Notes under the pieces: generated by a model
The model's input: the letters and a program-made list of their open reading frames with translations, nothing else
What the model was told of the DNA's origin: nothing
Databases searched by the model: none
Program-made: the position numbers and the translations under genes
Shown: in pieces, positions 39,342 to 50,989 of the stretch
How the letters are laid out: each line of letters begins with the position of its first letter
Numbering within the stretch: the stretch's first letter is position 1
From: Psilocybe cubensis
Lineage: Eukaryota
DNA: 64,000 nt
Reading direction: 5' to 3'
Assembly: GCA_017499595.2 (NCBI GenBank)
Contig: CM039007.1
Span: 186,001 to 250,000, forward strand

Positions 39342-40902
39342 CTAAAAAGGTCTACCTGTTGAAGGACCACTAAATAATTGAGCAATTGCATTACCAAAAT
39401 TTAAATGAGGTTCAGGCAGCCTCGAAGAAGAATTGGAAGGAAAGGACTGTATAGTGGTGGGTTGTGGGTCGGATGTGACATTGCTAGGGCTGGTAAAAGA
39501 GCGCTCGGAAGGGTGGCTTGAGAAATCTAAGCCTTTATTGGTCCTGAGAGAGTCCATCTCCAGACATTCAGCAATAAATCTATTCACAAGCTTAGCATAA
39601 CTCATTGAGAATACAAGAGAAAACTCGGACTGTTTCAACTCAGCTGTATTATCTCCCAGCTCATCGTCAAGCCTCTTGAGCCATTGATCAACTTTGGACC
39701 AATAGTCTTCGCCATCAGCCACCCGACCGCGAGTTTTCCCAGCGGGAATGTTTGTTTTTTGCAATTTACGTTTTTTGGTAGCAGAATGACCCGAATCGCT
39801 AGAGTTGTCGGTGCTTGGTGTTCCAAAATCCTGGTCATTGTTCTCCTCTTCTGAGTTGTTGTCATCCTTCTCAAGTTCAAAGGCCGAAAACGTAGATGAA
39901 TGGTCCCAGAAAAACCGCCGCTTTACATTGCCACGTTAGTGAAACTTTTTGAATCAGAAATATTGAAGACACACCAATAACACATGTTTTGAGAGGTAAG
40001 CTGTGTTGGAATTTGCACCAGACTCTGACGTAGGCAGACGATATTTCACAATGAGGCCCGCCGCAAATTCTTGCACAGAAGTAAACTTTGGGCCTGGAGT
40101 TATGCTTTGTATGATCTTTAATTTCACACATCAGTACACGGCATATGGTAAACCGGACAACCACACACCTCTTTTCGAAGCGTGTTTCTCTGAATCGTAC
40201 AAACGGTTCGTATATGCGCCATCCATTTGGCCTCACGTCCCAGCCGATTCAGGATGTTGTCAAGGTAATTGTCTGCGGGCTTTTTTTTCATCTTTGCCTG
40301 CAAATGCATTTGTTTTAGACCGCCAATTAAAGTGAAAAGAACGCACCTCAACATCGATGTGAAGCGTCTTAAAGGACTGTCTAGAGGGCTTTAGAAGCTC
40401 TTTGATACAGGTTGATTTAATGGCCATCTAAAAGCTGGCTCAGACCACCGTGTTCATAAAGGCAAACAATGACTCACCTTTTGTGCGTTTGATAACACAA
40501 AGTTCTCATCTTTTTGCAGCTCATAATCAGCCAAAAAACTGCTCAGCTGCCCGAGTCCTTGTAGATGTGTTTGCGTGGCAGTCAGTGCTTTATGCAGACG
40601 AACTTCGGCCCCAAACTGGCAGGCCAACATCATGATTCGACTTATCACTTCGGTGTAAGGAGGTTGCTCTTCAGGCACGGCTGTACAGATCTGCGGGTTT
40701 ACGAGTTAGAAGCAGTTTGATGTAGGCGTTATGTAAAAAACAAGTTTACCTGATAAAGAAAAGTGAGATCTGCACTGTGGTCGCTTGTGAGGTTGAATCG
40801 GTGAACCAGGTTGTCAATAAACAGCTGTGTACCAGTTGGGCGGTCCACGTCACGAGAAACAGGCTGTGATGCAAAAGCTGGGTCAATCGAAGAATGAGAC
40901 AT
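39342..40902 (-). CDS. Hypothetical transposon-associated protein, multi-exon
   Basis: MSHSSIDPAF... splices in frame through the GT-AG introns checked. Helical middle region, acidic tract, then KTRGRVADGEDYWSKVDQWL. Confidence 0.7.
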
Positions 40903-40985
40903 TGTGGATTCAGAATCAAGCAAACGTCTCTTACCTTGCTTTTATACCCCAAGTTTGATTTGCCATGTTTGCCACAACAAACGAA

Positions 40986-41051
40986 TCGCGTCGCGTTCGA
41001 GGTCAATCAACAATTCGCGTCGCGTTCGAGGTCAATCAACAATTCGCGTCG
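40986..41051. repeat. 29-bp CG-rich tandem repeat in a divergent promoter
   Basis: TCGCGTCGCGTTCGAGGTCAATCAACAAT twice plus a partial copy, between ATGs at 40902 (-) and 41201 (+). Confidence 0.9.
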
Positions 41052-41200
41052 TGTCACGTCGACAACAACAAACCTACGCGTCACATAAAAAGGAGGCGTC
41101 AAAGTTATTCCAAAGGTTTGCTCACCTTTTGTCTCACTCTCTCACTCCCTTAACCATCAGTCTGATATTTGTGTGGTTTCGTTATCTTGAACCGCTCAAC

Positions 41201-42104
41201 ATGTCTACCAACACTCTTGACAATTGTCTACCATCCCGCCTGCTGTCGCCTAAGACTCCATCGCCAAAAAAAAGTTTCAGGAAGCACAACCAAGATGAAG
41301 ACGATGAGGCACCTAAAAAGTACCTGTCAACTCTGAATGCAGGTCAGTAAACAAACCTTGTTAAACCTCAGCATAACCTACCCTGACCTCCCACCCGTAG
41401 GGCTTGACGTTACTGATGGTCTGCCCAACTACAGTTTTTACGGCCTTGGTAAATAGAATCTTATCACGAACGCACTTGAACTTACACCATCCAAACTCAA
41501 CTAGGTGATACTCCTGGATCAACGTGCCAAAGCGATCTCGAAGACCAGCCGGTTGTATCCAAAATGCCTGAAAAGAATGGTGCGTTTCATAAGTTGACAG
41601 TATTGCTGTGAAAGGTTGAGACCACTCACATCCACTTTATTAGACCATTCCTCCGAGGTTCCTCGCCACAAAACCACAATCGGCTTGAACAGGGCCTATC
41701 CACGTTCCCGACGCGATCTGGAGGCAGAGATTACTGTTCGGCGTGAAATAGCCATCGAGGCAACAAGAGAAGCTGCGGCCTATAAGGATCAGCTTCGAAC
41801 GGCATGGTTGGACCTTGCCGCAGCACGCCAGGAGGCCCAGTCAACTAAAAAGGCGGTGAAAAACTTGGTTAGGTCTGTGAAGAATTCCAAACGACGCTCT
41901 GCATACCTGACGTTGGTGGTGGAGGGTCTAGAAGAGCAGTTGAGGACATATGTCAGACAGGAACACAACACAGCAATTATGCTGGTGGAAGAGAGGCATT
42001 GGAGCCAACAGCTGAAAGCAGCGTTGACGTCCCATGGCATTAACGTACCGGTTTACATTCCTCCTCAGCCTTTGCAGTCTGACAATCCCATCGCTATTGT
42101 TTAG
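41201..42104 (+). CDS. Hypothetical coiled-coil protein, multi-exon
   Basis: MSTNTLDNC... with short introns. Last exon is heptad-rich (LEAEITVRRE...LEEQLRTY). Confidence 0.65.
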
Positions 42105-42581
42105 ACGGTTTGTGAGATAGAATCTGCAGCACTTTCAATACTATATTGTCAATTTGGCCTTACAAAAGGGATGCATGAAATATAACGCACCTGGGTAGTA
42201 TTCCTGAGACCTGCATTACTCTGCGGTGTTTGTGTTTGTAGCGGACTGACGTATAACCAGGTGTTCTGAGGTCAAAGCAGTTGAAGTGTGTCGCGGGTGC
42301 GACGCGTCCACCTACGTCACCTGACCCCTATCACCTGACCCCTGATCTGTTTAATGAGGTTCAACATTCCCCTCATTTGCGTTCGTATAAATACCCGTCC
42401 CACCGGTAAGCAAACGTTCGTATATCAGAAACGCGACAGGGCCCAGCTCTCGCGTTGGTTAGAGGCTTGCCAGGCGAGGGATCACCCCTGGGCCGGGTCT
42501 GTCAAACTGCCAGCCAACGCAGGAGCTGGGGCGTGTCGTGATTGCAAGAACCCTGCTCACCGTCGGTTTTTGCATGCACAG

Positions 42582-44691
42582 ATGTCGGCCTGCCAATGGG
42601 CGCGCTATACGGTACGTCCTTGGAAACTTTTCTATGCATATACCGAGTTTTAAATCGGAAATCTGTTCAAGCAGACACGATCTGGGAGGGTGTATGCCCA
42701 GTGTCAGCCTGAGGTATGGGAGGATCCGTTGGCTTTTGACTTGATCTCTGCCTGGCGGGCAGCAGATGCAAGGGAGGACACAGACTTGTTAGATCTGGAT
42801 CAAGGTGAGTCACCATGTTTGCCTACTCGTCATCTGCCCATTCACGTACTTGTCAATAGATGTCTTGATTCCATCGACCGACGATACGTCGATGCCATCC
42901 GTTCACGACATCTGGACGCCGTCGATCCACGATGCGTCGAAGAATCGGTCGACGGACGATACCTGGACGCAGTTTACGAACAATACGTCGACGCCGACGG
43001 CGTTGATCCACGACGTGTCGACCCCGTCAACCCGCGAATCGACGACGTCGATCCACGACGTGTCGACCCCGTCAACCCGCGAATCGACGACGTCAGCCCA
43101 CAACGCGTCGACCCCGTCAACCCGCGAGTCGATGCTGTCAGTCCATAACGCGTCGACCCCGTCAACCCGCGAATCGACGACGTCAGCCCACAACGCGTCG
43201 ACCCCGTCAACCCGCGAGTCGATGCTGTCAGTCCATAACGCGTCGACCCCGTCAACCCGCGAATCGACGACGTCAGCCCACAACGCGTCGACCCCGTCAA
43301 CCCGCGAGTCGATGCTGTCAGCCCACGATGCGTCGACACCATCGGTTGACGATATGTCGACACCGCCGATTGTACCTTCGCAATCGTCGACCAAGCTTTC
43401 GCTTTTGTTACCTCAGCGAGACCCATCCGTGCAAACCGCCAGCCTGAAAAGGCCATACGATGGGCTTTCCAACAGTCATCGCAGCCGCAAGTATCAGCGG
43501 ACGTTACAATACAATAAGCACGGACACGCACCAAAACCCAGTCTTTTAAGCATGCTTCCCAGCTGCCAGCCAGAGGCTCTCAACGTCAAGCTTGACGCTT
43601 TGCCTGCCACGCAAGGCGCCTATGGTGCTAAACCGACAAAACCCCACAAAAGTCACCTATATAGCTTGGATGCCATCAAGGCCCTTGGGTTCCGCATTAT
43701 ACCTTGGGATGGATGGTGAGTTACAACTGTTCTGATCTGTTCAGTTTGATGGAGTTAAAGCTAATGCACTATAGCACCCCCGTCCCGTTTGTTTCTGAAG
43801 ACGGACGTATTTTTATGGTTCTGGCAGGCCGTCCTAAGGACCCTGCATACGAACGTGCCACGGAGGAAGCATTCGATCTACTGAGGGAGGCCGGACACAC
43901 CACAGCGTTTACACACGAAGACTATTCAGAAAATCGTGGTCATTATCCCGCACTCAACATCGGCGTTACACACGGTGTAGGGACACACTCTCCACTCAAC
44001 CGCGTCCAGCGCCATCCCAAAATCACTGCCAAGCTCTTGCAGTCGGAAAGCATTCAACGAATGGCCAGTTTTGCCAGCAGTAAGTGACCCCTATGCCTGT
44101 TTTGTGAACCTGTTTTTAAACACATCCACAGGTGCATTTGCTACATGGAGCCCTAAAGTGTACAACCACTATAAGTTGTACATGGATAAGATATTCGCCA
44201 ATGACTCCACGCTAGTCCGACTGTTTCGCCGCAGCATATTTCCGGCGGCCACCTTCAACCTAGGGTCTGTGGTTTGCACCATCCCGCATTTTGATATCAA
44301 AAACTGTCCATATGGCTGGTGCGCCATCCAGTCTTTAGGGAAATTCAATGCCAAAAAGGGTGGTCACTTTGTGGTGTGGGGCCTGAAAGTGGCCATTGAG
44401 TTCCCTGCAGGATCTACCATCCTTATGCCGTCCGCCGTCCTAGAACATTCAAACACCAGCATTGAACACGGAGAGGAGCGTGCTTCCTTTACTCAGTATG
44501 CTTCAGGTGGCCTGTTTAGATGGGTTGATTATGGCTACCGCACCGAGAAGGAGTTAAAACGTACAAACCCCAAGCTTTATCAAGAGCAAATGGAGCTTAG
44601 GCCAACACGATGGAAGAGGGGGTTGGGCATGTTGTGCACCTTACAAGATCTTATTTCAAAAGCTGCGTTTGAGGTCTCTGGACAAGTTTGA
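42582..44691 (+). CDS. TET/JBP-family 2OG-Fe(II) nucleic-acid dioxygenase, fungal (CcTET-like) type
   Basis: Five exons splice in frame. PWDG-TPVP..DGRIFMVLAGRP, RGHYPALNIGVTHG, FPAATFNLG, PHFDIKN (HxD), GWCAIQSLGKF..KKGGH, IEFPAGSTILMPSA, LEHSN (His), ERASFTQY (Arg), GGLFRWVDYG. Confidence 0.88.
43018..43332 (+). repeat. 45-bp coding minisatellite, 7 copies (STPSTRESxxSxHxx), CpG-rich
   Basis: Unit CGCGTCGACCCCGTCAACCCGCGAATCGACGACGTCAGCCCACAA and a variant. Degenerate flanks span about 42870-43370. Confidence 0.95.
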
Positions 44692-44744
44692 TCTGCTATT
44701 CTTCTTGTAGAATTCTAGTAAATAAATACAGTATGGTTTTACTT

Positions 44745-47700
44745 CTATCGAAAGTCCAATGTTATTTGACCTGGATATACCACAGATGCTTGCCTGCTAC
44801 GTCGAGGTGAACTAACACCTCCAGAAGATGTTCCTGCTGAAGCATGTTGAGGCAAACTGACACCCCCAGAAGGTGTGGCTGCTAGAGTAGGGGTGCCCAA
44901 GGGGCTCTGGGCATGTTGTCTCAAGGCGGCTGTTGGTGTTTTGGTTGGTTTGGAAGTACTTGATTGGGAGGCTTCTCCTGCCTTCCGTTGAACAATGGCT
45001 TGAGCCACACTTCTTTGAATTATAGCATCTTCGTTTAACGGGGCAGAGTGGAGGCGAAAACTTTGGAGATGAGCAGCATCGCGCATTTGACACATATTGA
45101 GGAGGAGCATATCATCCAATGAGTTTTGATGCAGTATCGTTGCCTTAGTCTGATCAGTTTGTATTCGCTCTTGATAGATGTATTGTAGCCCATTTGCCTG
45201 GCATCCATGACGTTGACAGTCATGTTGAGTATTTACGGTGCAAAGAAGGCAACTCCACGGAATGAAGGACCACTCCTGCTGAAGAATCAGACGGGGCATA
45301 AAAACTGGCTGCAGTTGTCCAGCAGGCAATATGTGCGACGGCGGTTGGTGTAAAGCTGTTTGAATAAGAATACCATCGGGCCGGTTTTGAAGATGGTTTG
45401 GAGAGCCAACCTGCTGCAAGATCTCTCGAACACACCCTATCAGAGGCGGCTGGGATGGATGAATTTGGGCAATGACAAACTGTCCTATGGTGCATAGATC
45501 CTCGTTTCTCAGATAGACCTGGGAATTGGTTACATACAGTTGTTGGCTGGCTGCAGTATTGAGCACAATGTTGGGAAGCTTTTGGCCACATAATGTGCGA
45601 TGAAATGGTTGAGGATCTGTGCCATTAGATTTGCATGAACCTAGGCCATTGCATTAGACCGCTCACTAGTAGTATAGATTTGTAAATATAACTTACCAGC
45701 CTTACTGGCAGCAGGTTTCTGCAGTCCCAAATAGCTAGCTGGTGTTGAGTCTGGAGCATCAATAAGGTGAAGACCTCCAGGTCCAGCAGTGCGCCACTCT
45801 GAATTAGCCACATTTGTTGGATCCTTTTTCCAAGACTGATAAAGCTCTTGTGGAAGAAAAAAACCACCACTAAGAAGATGGCGAATCCGATTGCCTTGCG
45901 CAAAGCCACGGGCAATATCATGTGAAGGTGCTTGGTGATTACTGTGAATGCTTTTTGCACGGATAATAGCATTGAATGACTCAAACGATTCCGTGGCAAA
46001 CAATATTGCTGGCCCAAACCGACGGACATGTTCTGGAAGATGAAGAATAATGTGAAATTTGGTTTTGTTAAACCACGCGCAGGTCCATGTTGCCGTTTTC
46101 AACAAAAAGTATTTGATGTCGGCCTCTAATCTGGGCTAAAACATGATTTAATTTAATAAAACAATTTAAAGAAAGACACAATGAAGACGCACCAGGTACT
46201 CATCAATGTTAGAGATTGCTGGCTGCCAAATAACCGGAACTAACGTAGATAGGGACACCCATGCATCATAAACCTCCTGAGAAACCATGTCGTAGATGAC
46301 AAATGGCGCTACTTGAGCAATAATTCGGAAATCGCGACCAGTTAGTGACCCGGCATAGTTCACTAGTGTGGAGCCATTTAATGTGGGTACACCTAGACCT
46401 GCCACACTGAGGCTGTTTAAACGAATAATCAAAGTTTGCTTTTTAGCAGGAGTAACCTGATTTTGAACTAGGTCTCTCCAAAAATATTTAACGAAACCCA
46501 GCAATACAACATGCAGAATTTCGACGGGAGTGTCCTGATGAGGATCCAAGCCTGGAATATAGATTTAGCTAGTAAATTAAAGCAAAATATTTCAATCGCA
46601 CCAAGTTTCCATACGGGACTTTTGATGTCTCCAGGAAGCTTATCGACAGCCGCTTTAAGAGCTTCTTCCTTTGCCTGAGTAGAAACTTTTCCCTTATAAG
46701 ATTTGAAAAGCTTTTCAATAAAGAAGTCCTGGAAAACATCCTTGATGCCAGTTTCCGTTTTTGCAGCTCTAAGTTTTGATTTTGTGCCAATCATCTTAGC
46801 TTGCTCCAAAAAAGAGTCAAGAGTAGCCATAGTCTCTTTCTTGCGACGCGGTTTGCCAATCTTAGAATCAAAGGTGATTAAAATATAAATTGTTATAAAA
46901 CAACTTTTACGCACCTTTATAAAATCACTAACCCTTCGAAGCATTGACTCCATAGACTCCTTGTACCTCCGCCGTTTGTGAGAAGGCCGTGTGAAGGTAT
47001 CTTCAGAATCAACATCACTATGGATTGAAAGGGTAGGAGAGTTGGGTCGAGCACAACTGTCATGTGGAAGATTTTTGTGTGGGCATTCTTGACTGTCGAC
47101 TCCTTTGGCCCAGCAAATCCGGCAAAAATATTTCCCTTGCATTCCAATATGACAAGCAAACTCGCTATGCATAGGGTTGTCACCCAGAAGTGCAAATACA
47201 GGTGGAAAAATCATAACGGCCTCTTTGTGTATACAGTCCCATACCCAAATACCATGTTTTTGAGCCAATCTGAAGTTAAAATGATTAGAATATGTGCAGC
47301 AAATATAAGATAGTGACAACTTACTGAAGTTGATCAACCACACCATCAAGCATTTCTAGAGGTGGCGCAATATTTGAAGTGCACAGAAAATGGATATTGT
47401 ATTCTTGTGAACTCTTTTCGCGAGGAAGACCAGCTAGAATAAATAGGTAGCTGTTGTGCTTATTCCACTTCTTGGACTGGTTTCCCGACGTATCGTCACA
47501 GTACATCCATAGTGGCAGAGAATAGACTCGGTGTCCCTTTGCTAATACACGCCAACGATTGCCAATAGTAGGATCTGTACGTGTCCATTTTGACAGCCCA
47601 GGCCCCGAATTGGATCGCACACCTGTTTACTTATAAGAAATTGAATAAAATATATAAAATATAGTCCATACCAAATATTCGTGAAGGGTGTGACAAGTTA

Positions 47701-49160
47701 TACAACAAGTGATCCTTTGACAACTGAATAAAATTCTTTAGCAATTGGCTTTGCGTGATTTCGATTTCGCGATCTTCGGACACAACCCAACCACTAGGAG
47801 TATCTTCCATAAGCCAGGCTTTGGCATAAAATACACCTTCTCGGAGAAACCATCGAATAGGAATGCAGCAACGTCCATCAATCAGCATAGTTGGTTCAAA
47901 GATGAAAAAATCATTATTATTGAGCCGTATCATTGGAGTACCATCCTCAGGATTGATTTCACGCAGCCAACCCGAAGCTTGATAGGTTTCGCTAATCGAT
48001 TTGCCCGTATCTTCAGGATAGAAGTGAAGGAACGGTCGGACTTGAGGATTAGACATTTCCTATTCAGATTGGTTAGAAATCAAAAGTATTCATTTGTAAC
48101 ATATAGATTCATACCTGGGCGAGAATTTGAGACAGAGAATTTACAAAGTATACATTGCCCAGCTTGCCCTTGTACTCCTTCGTCTCAATTCCACACAAAT
48201 TCTGCAATGCCTTGTTAATGCCTTGCATAGCCTTAACGCTAGGCACATCGTTGACGCCATTGATACGCAGTAGCCAGAGAAATAAATCCAGCTGACGACG
48301 TGAAAATAGTGATCGTGGAAGGTGCATCAAAACGTCAAGAGAACAAGTCTGATTTATTGATTGAGCAGAAAATCTAACCAATGGCAGGCAAAGACTCACA
48401 ATTTTATCAATCCACGGATACCATTTTCGAGCTTCAGCCGGGTCGGTGTGAATACCGCGCATACGTTTTCGGGGCAAAGATTCATTATCAACTTGTTCAG
48501 TGTCTGATTAAAAGTTAAGGACTCAAACAATATGCGCTATTTAGATGTTACACACCTGAATTGGCTTGCTCATCGCTACTCTCAGAAAGCGGAGGACTGC
48601 CACCACCATCATCAGATCCATCACTCTCGTCATTAGAATTTAGAAAATCCAGAGTAGCTTGACATATTTGGGCAGACGCAAAGTCGATGGGAGATGGATC
48701 CGACATAATTTCATCATCGTTGAATAGATTCCAGTCAATCCCGGTGAGTGGAGAGACCGTCGACGAAGTGGTTGAAGAAGGTGCAGCCGAGACCCTAGAA
48801 AGGCGAGGGTCATTGGCAGGATACAAAGGCTGGTGTGGTTGACGAGATGCAGACACAAGAATTGCACGTAAGGCGTCCTCTAACAAAAGGGACTTGTTAA
48901 CCGGTGGCAACGAGGTTTGTGAAGAAGCAGAGGATTTCTCTTTGGTATGAAATGCCTGCAGAGCTGTTTGGTGTTTTGTGGTGTTGAAGTGCTCATTGAG
49001 GTGGTGTTTTTGGCGACCTTTTGTATCTTGACAGACCCGGCAATAATAGAGTGTTTGACCGTGTACAACTTGTCGTTGAACGACTATTCTTAATTCAGCC
49101 GAGTAGTAAGGTGGACCGAGAGTGATGTCACTAACCAGCAGGGTCAATGCCGAAGACCAT
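44745..49160 (-). CDS. CACTA/EnSpm (CMC)-like DDE transposase, about 10 exons, apparently intact
   Basis: N-terminal CxxC...H..H finger. YCDDTSGNQSKKWNKH (D1), LGDNPMHSE (D2), CRIC, VEILHVVLLG, KFHIILH, ATESFESFN (E), CTVNTQHDC. All exons join in frame by manual splicing. Confidence 0.88.
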
Positions 49161-50989
49161 TATTAGGCTGCCGTCAAATTAGCTGCCACAAAAAAAAAGA
49201 ATCAGAACACGACTGTGGTAAGGAAGTGGATTTGAAGCTATAAAACAGAGACTCATTGACGCACTGGTTATTTTGTGATTTTTAACGCGGCTAAACACAT
49301 CGCCGACGGATGCTAATTTTCAGTATTAAATTTGGTTTTATTTTGTAAATCTAAACGTATTTATTTGTAACTCCGATCGACGCCAAAAAAACAGTGGCGA
49401 AGGTCCCGCCGTGTATTCCGATCTTTGCTTTTATCGGCTTCCTCAGCCGTCTTAATTGTCACAAGCATTCAATCCAAACACCAACAAGCTTCAGTCCAAA
49501 CAACATGAGATCAAACTTGATGTCACTGCGAATTTGCTTGGAATTTGCTGCCTGGAACCCCCATGAACTCAACGTCAGCATTTAACGTGTTAAGATGATC
49601 GACAAGGATCTCCGAATTTATCTATGCGTCCACTTTTTTGTTATATATCAACGTTTTCACTCCGGTTGCTCCGACCTGCCTCGACTGGCCTCTCAAGCAG
49701 TGAAAGTGTATGTGTTGCTTCTGCGATATGTGGCTTACTCAGACTGTAGGAAATCTGGTAATTGCATTCCTTTTAGGCCGATATTTTTGACAAATTTTTT
49801 TCAAAGACGATATAGGAAAGATTCAGACGTCGCCAGGGCCCAGTGAGCCTGTGACGCCTGGATTTGTATGTGTTCAGTCACCCAGCATATTGATTAATCG
49901 ACTGATTCTATGGTACCAGAACCGGTATCAAGGATCCTTTGGTAATTCTATCTGATCCTCTAAACGGGTTACACGGTAGTTTGGAACTCGCGCTGCATTT
50001 TTATTTCTTGATGTTCCGGCACTGGTGCTTCATACTGAAATTCGGGTATGGTATGTTAAAACATCTGCCAATAGTTGAATCGTGATATGAGTGGGATTGA
50101 ATTAAACAATCTATGATGCAGGCATATTGCACGGGCGCCCATTCGAATGCGATCATTCCAGCATCCACCGAGCAGTGAGCACGTCAATATAGGGATGACT
50201 AAGATTTTAGAATAGGGGCATGCATCAGACTAGTTGGCCGTGTTTGCGAACAGCCTCCCAAATTCATTAATTTGCATTAAATGTAATGTAATACCCGAAT
50301 CGCGTCAAAAATAAATTCAAATTGATAAATTGTTGTGCTTTGCCAAACCAAACCTAAAAAAAAAATGTCTCTTCCTGAACGAAAACACCAATTTAATTTA
50401 AATTTTGTCCTTTGCTCTCCTACTCACTTCGACCTGCGGTGTGATCTTTGCACTGCGTTAGGTCTATAGCGACAGACGTTTTGTCTGACTTGAACTTGAA
50501 TATAGCGACGGGTCGGAACCACGCAGAGGCAGAGGCAGACCACTGTAACCCATAGCATAGCAGCGCCGGGTTTCACAGTCAGCACAAAAAACACACGACA
50601 AGGAACCTTCAAACAGGACGCGCATATATTTGAGCGCACATTTGAGCTGTTTCACCGTGCACGCTCGCGTTACTCGCGTGCGTTTGTGTAGCTTTCACTT
50701 TCAGCTCAGCTGCGATGAAGGCTTGTACCCCCCGCGCGGGACGTAGCGGGCGATGCGTACGCCGCAGGTGAGTCGGCGGTGTACCTACTACCCTCGAGGC
50801 TGGACGATGCGAATGATGCTATAATTAACTAACCAAAACTATCCTTCCACATTGCACATCGCACATCATACACCATACACCACACATCACACACCACACA
50901 ATGCACACCCCGCATTTCGTAATGCGATAACGTACCGACGCACGGTTGACTGCAACGAACTGAACTGAACTCGCGGACGTGCGGACGGG

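Larger units (their letters stand above)
38338..49413 (-). mobile_element. CACTA/CMC-like DNA transposon with cargo (TET/JBP plus two unknown genes); boundaries tentative
   Basis: Intact transposase, adjacent TET gene and two further genes. Candidate ends CACGGC (38338) and GCCGTG (49413). No target-site duplication found. Confidence 0.6.

Noticed and set aside
43018-43332. CRISPR-like array
   Set aside because: Contiguous tandem units with no unique spacers, in frame within a eukaryotic exon, and no cas genes.
50236-50242. GGCCGTG as the definite right TIR of the TET element
   Set aside because: Only a 7-bp match to 38338, with no TSD and no subterminal similarity; kept only as an alternative.
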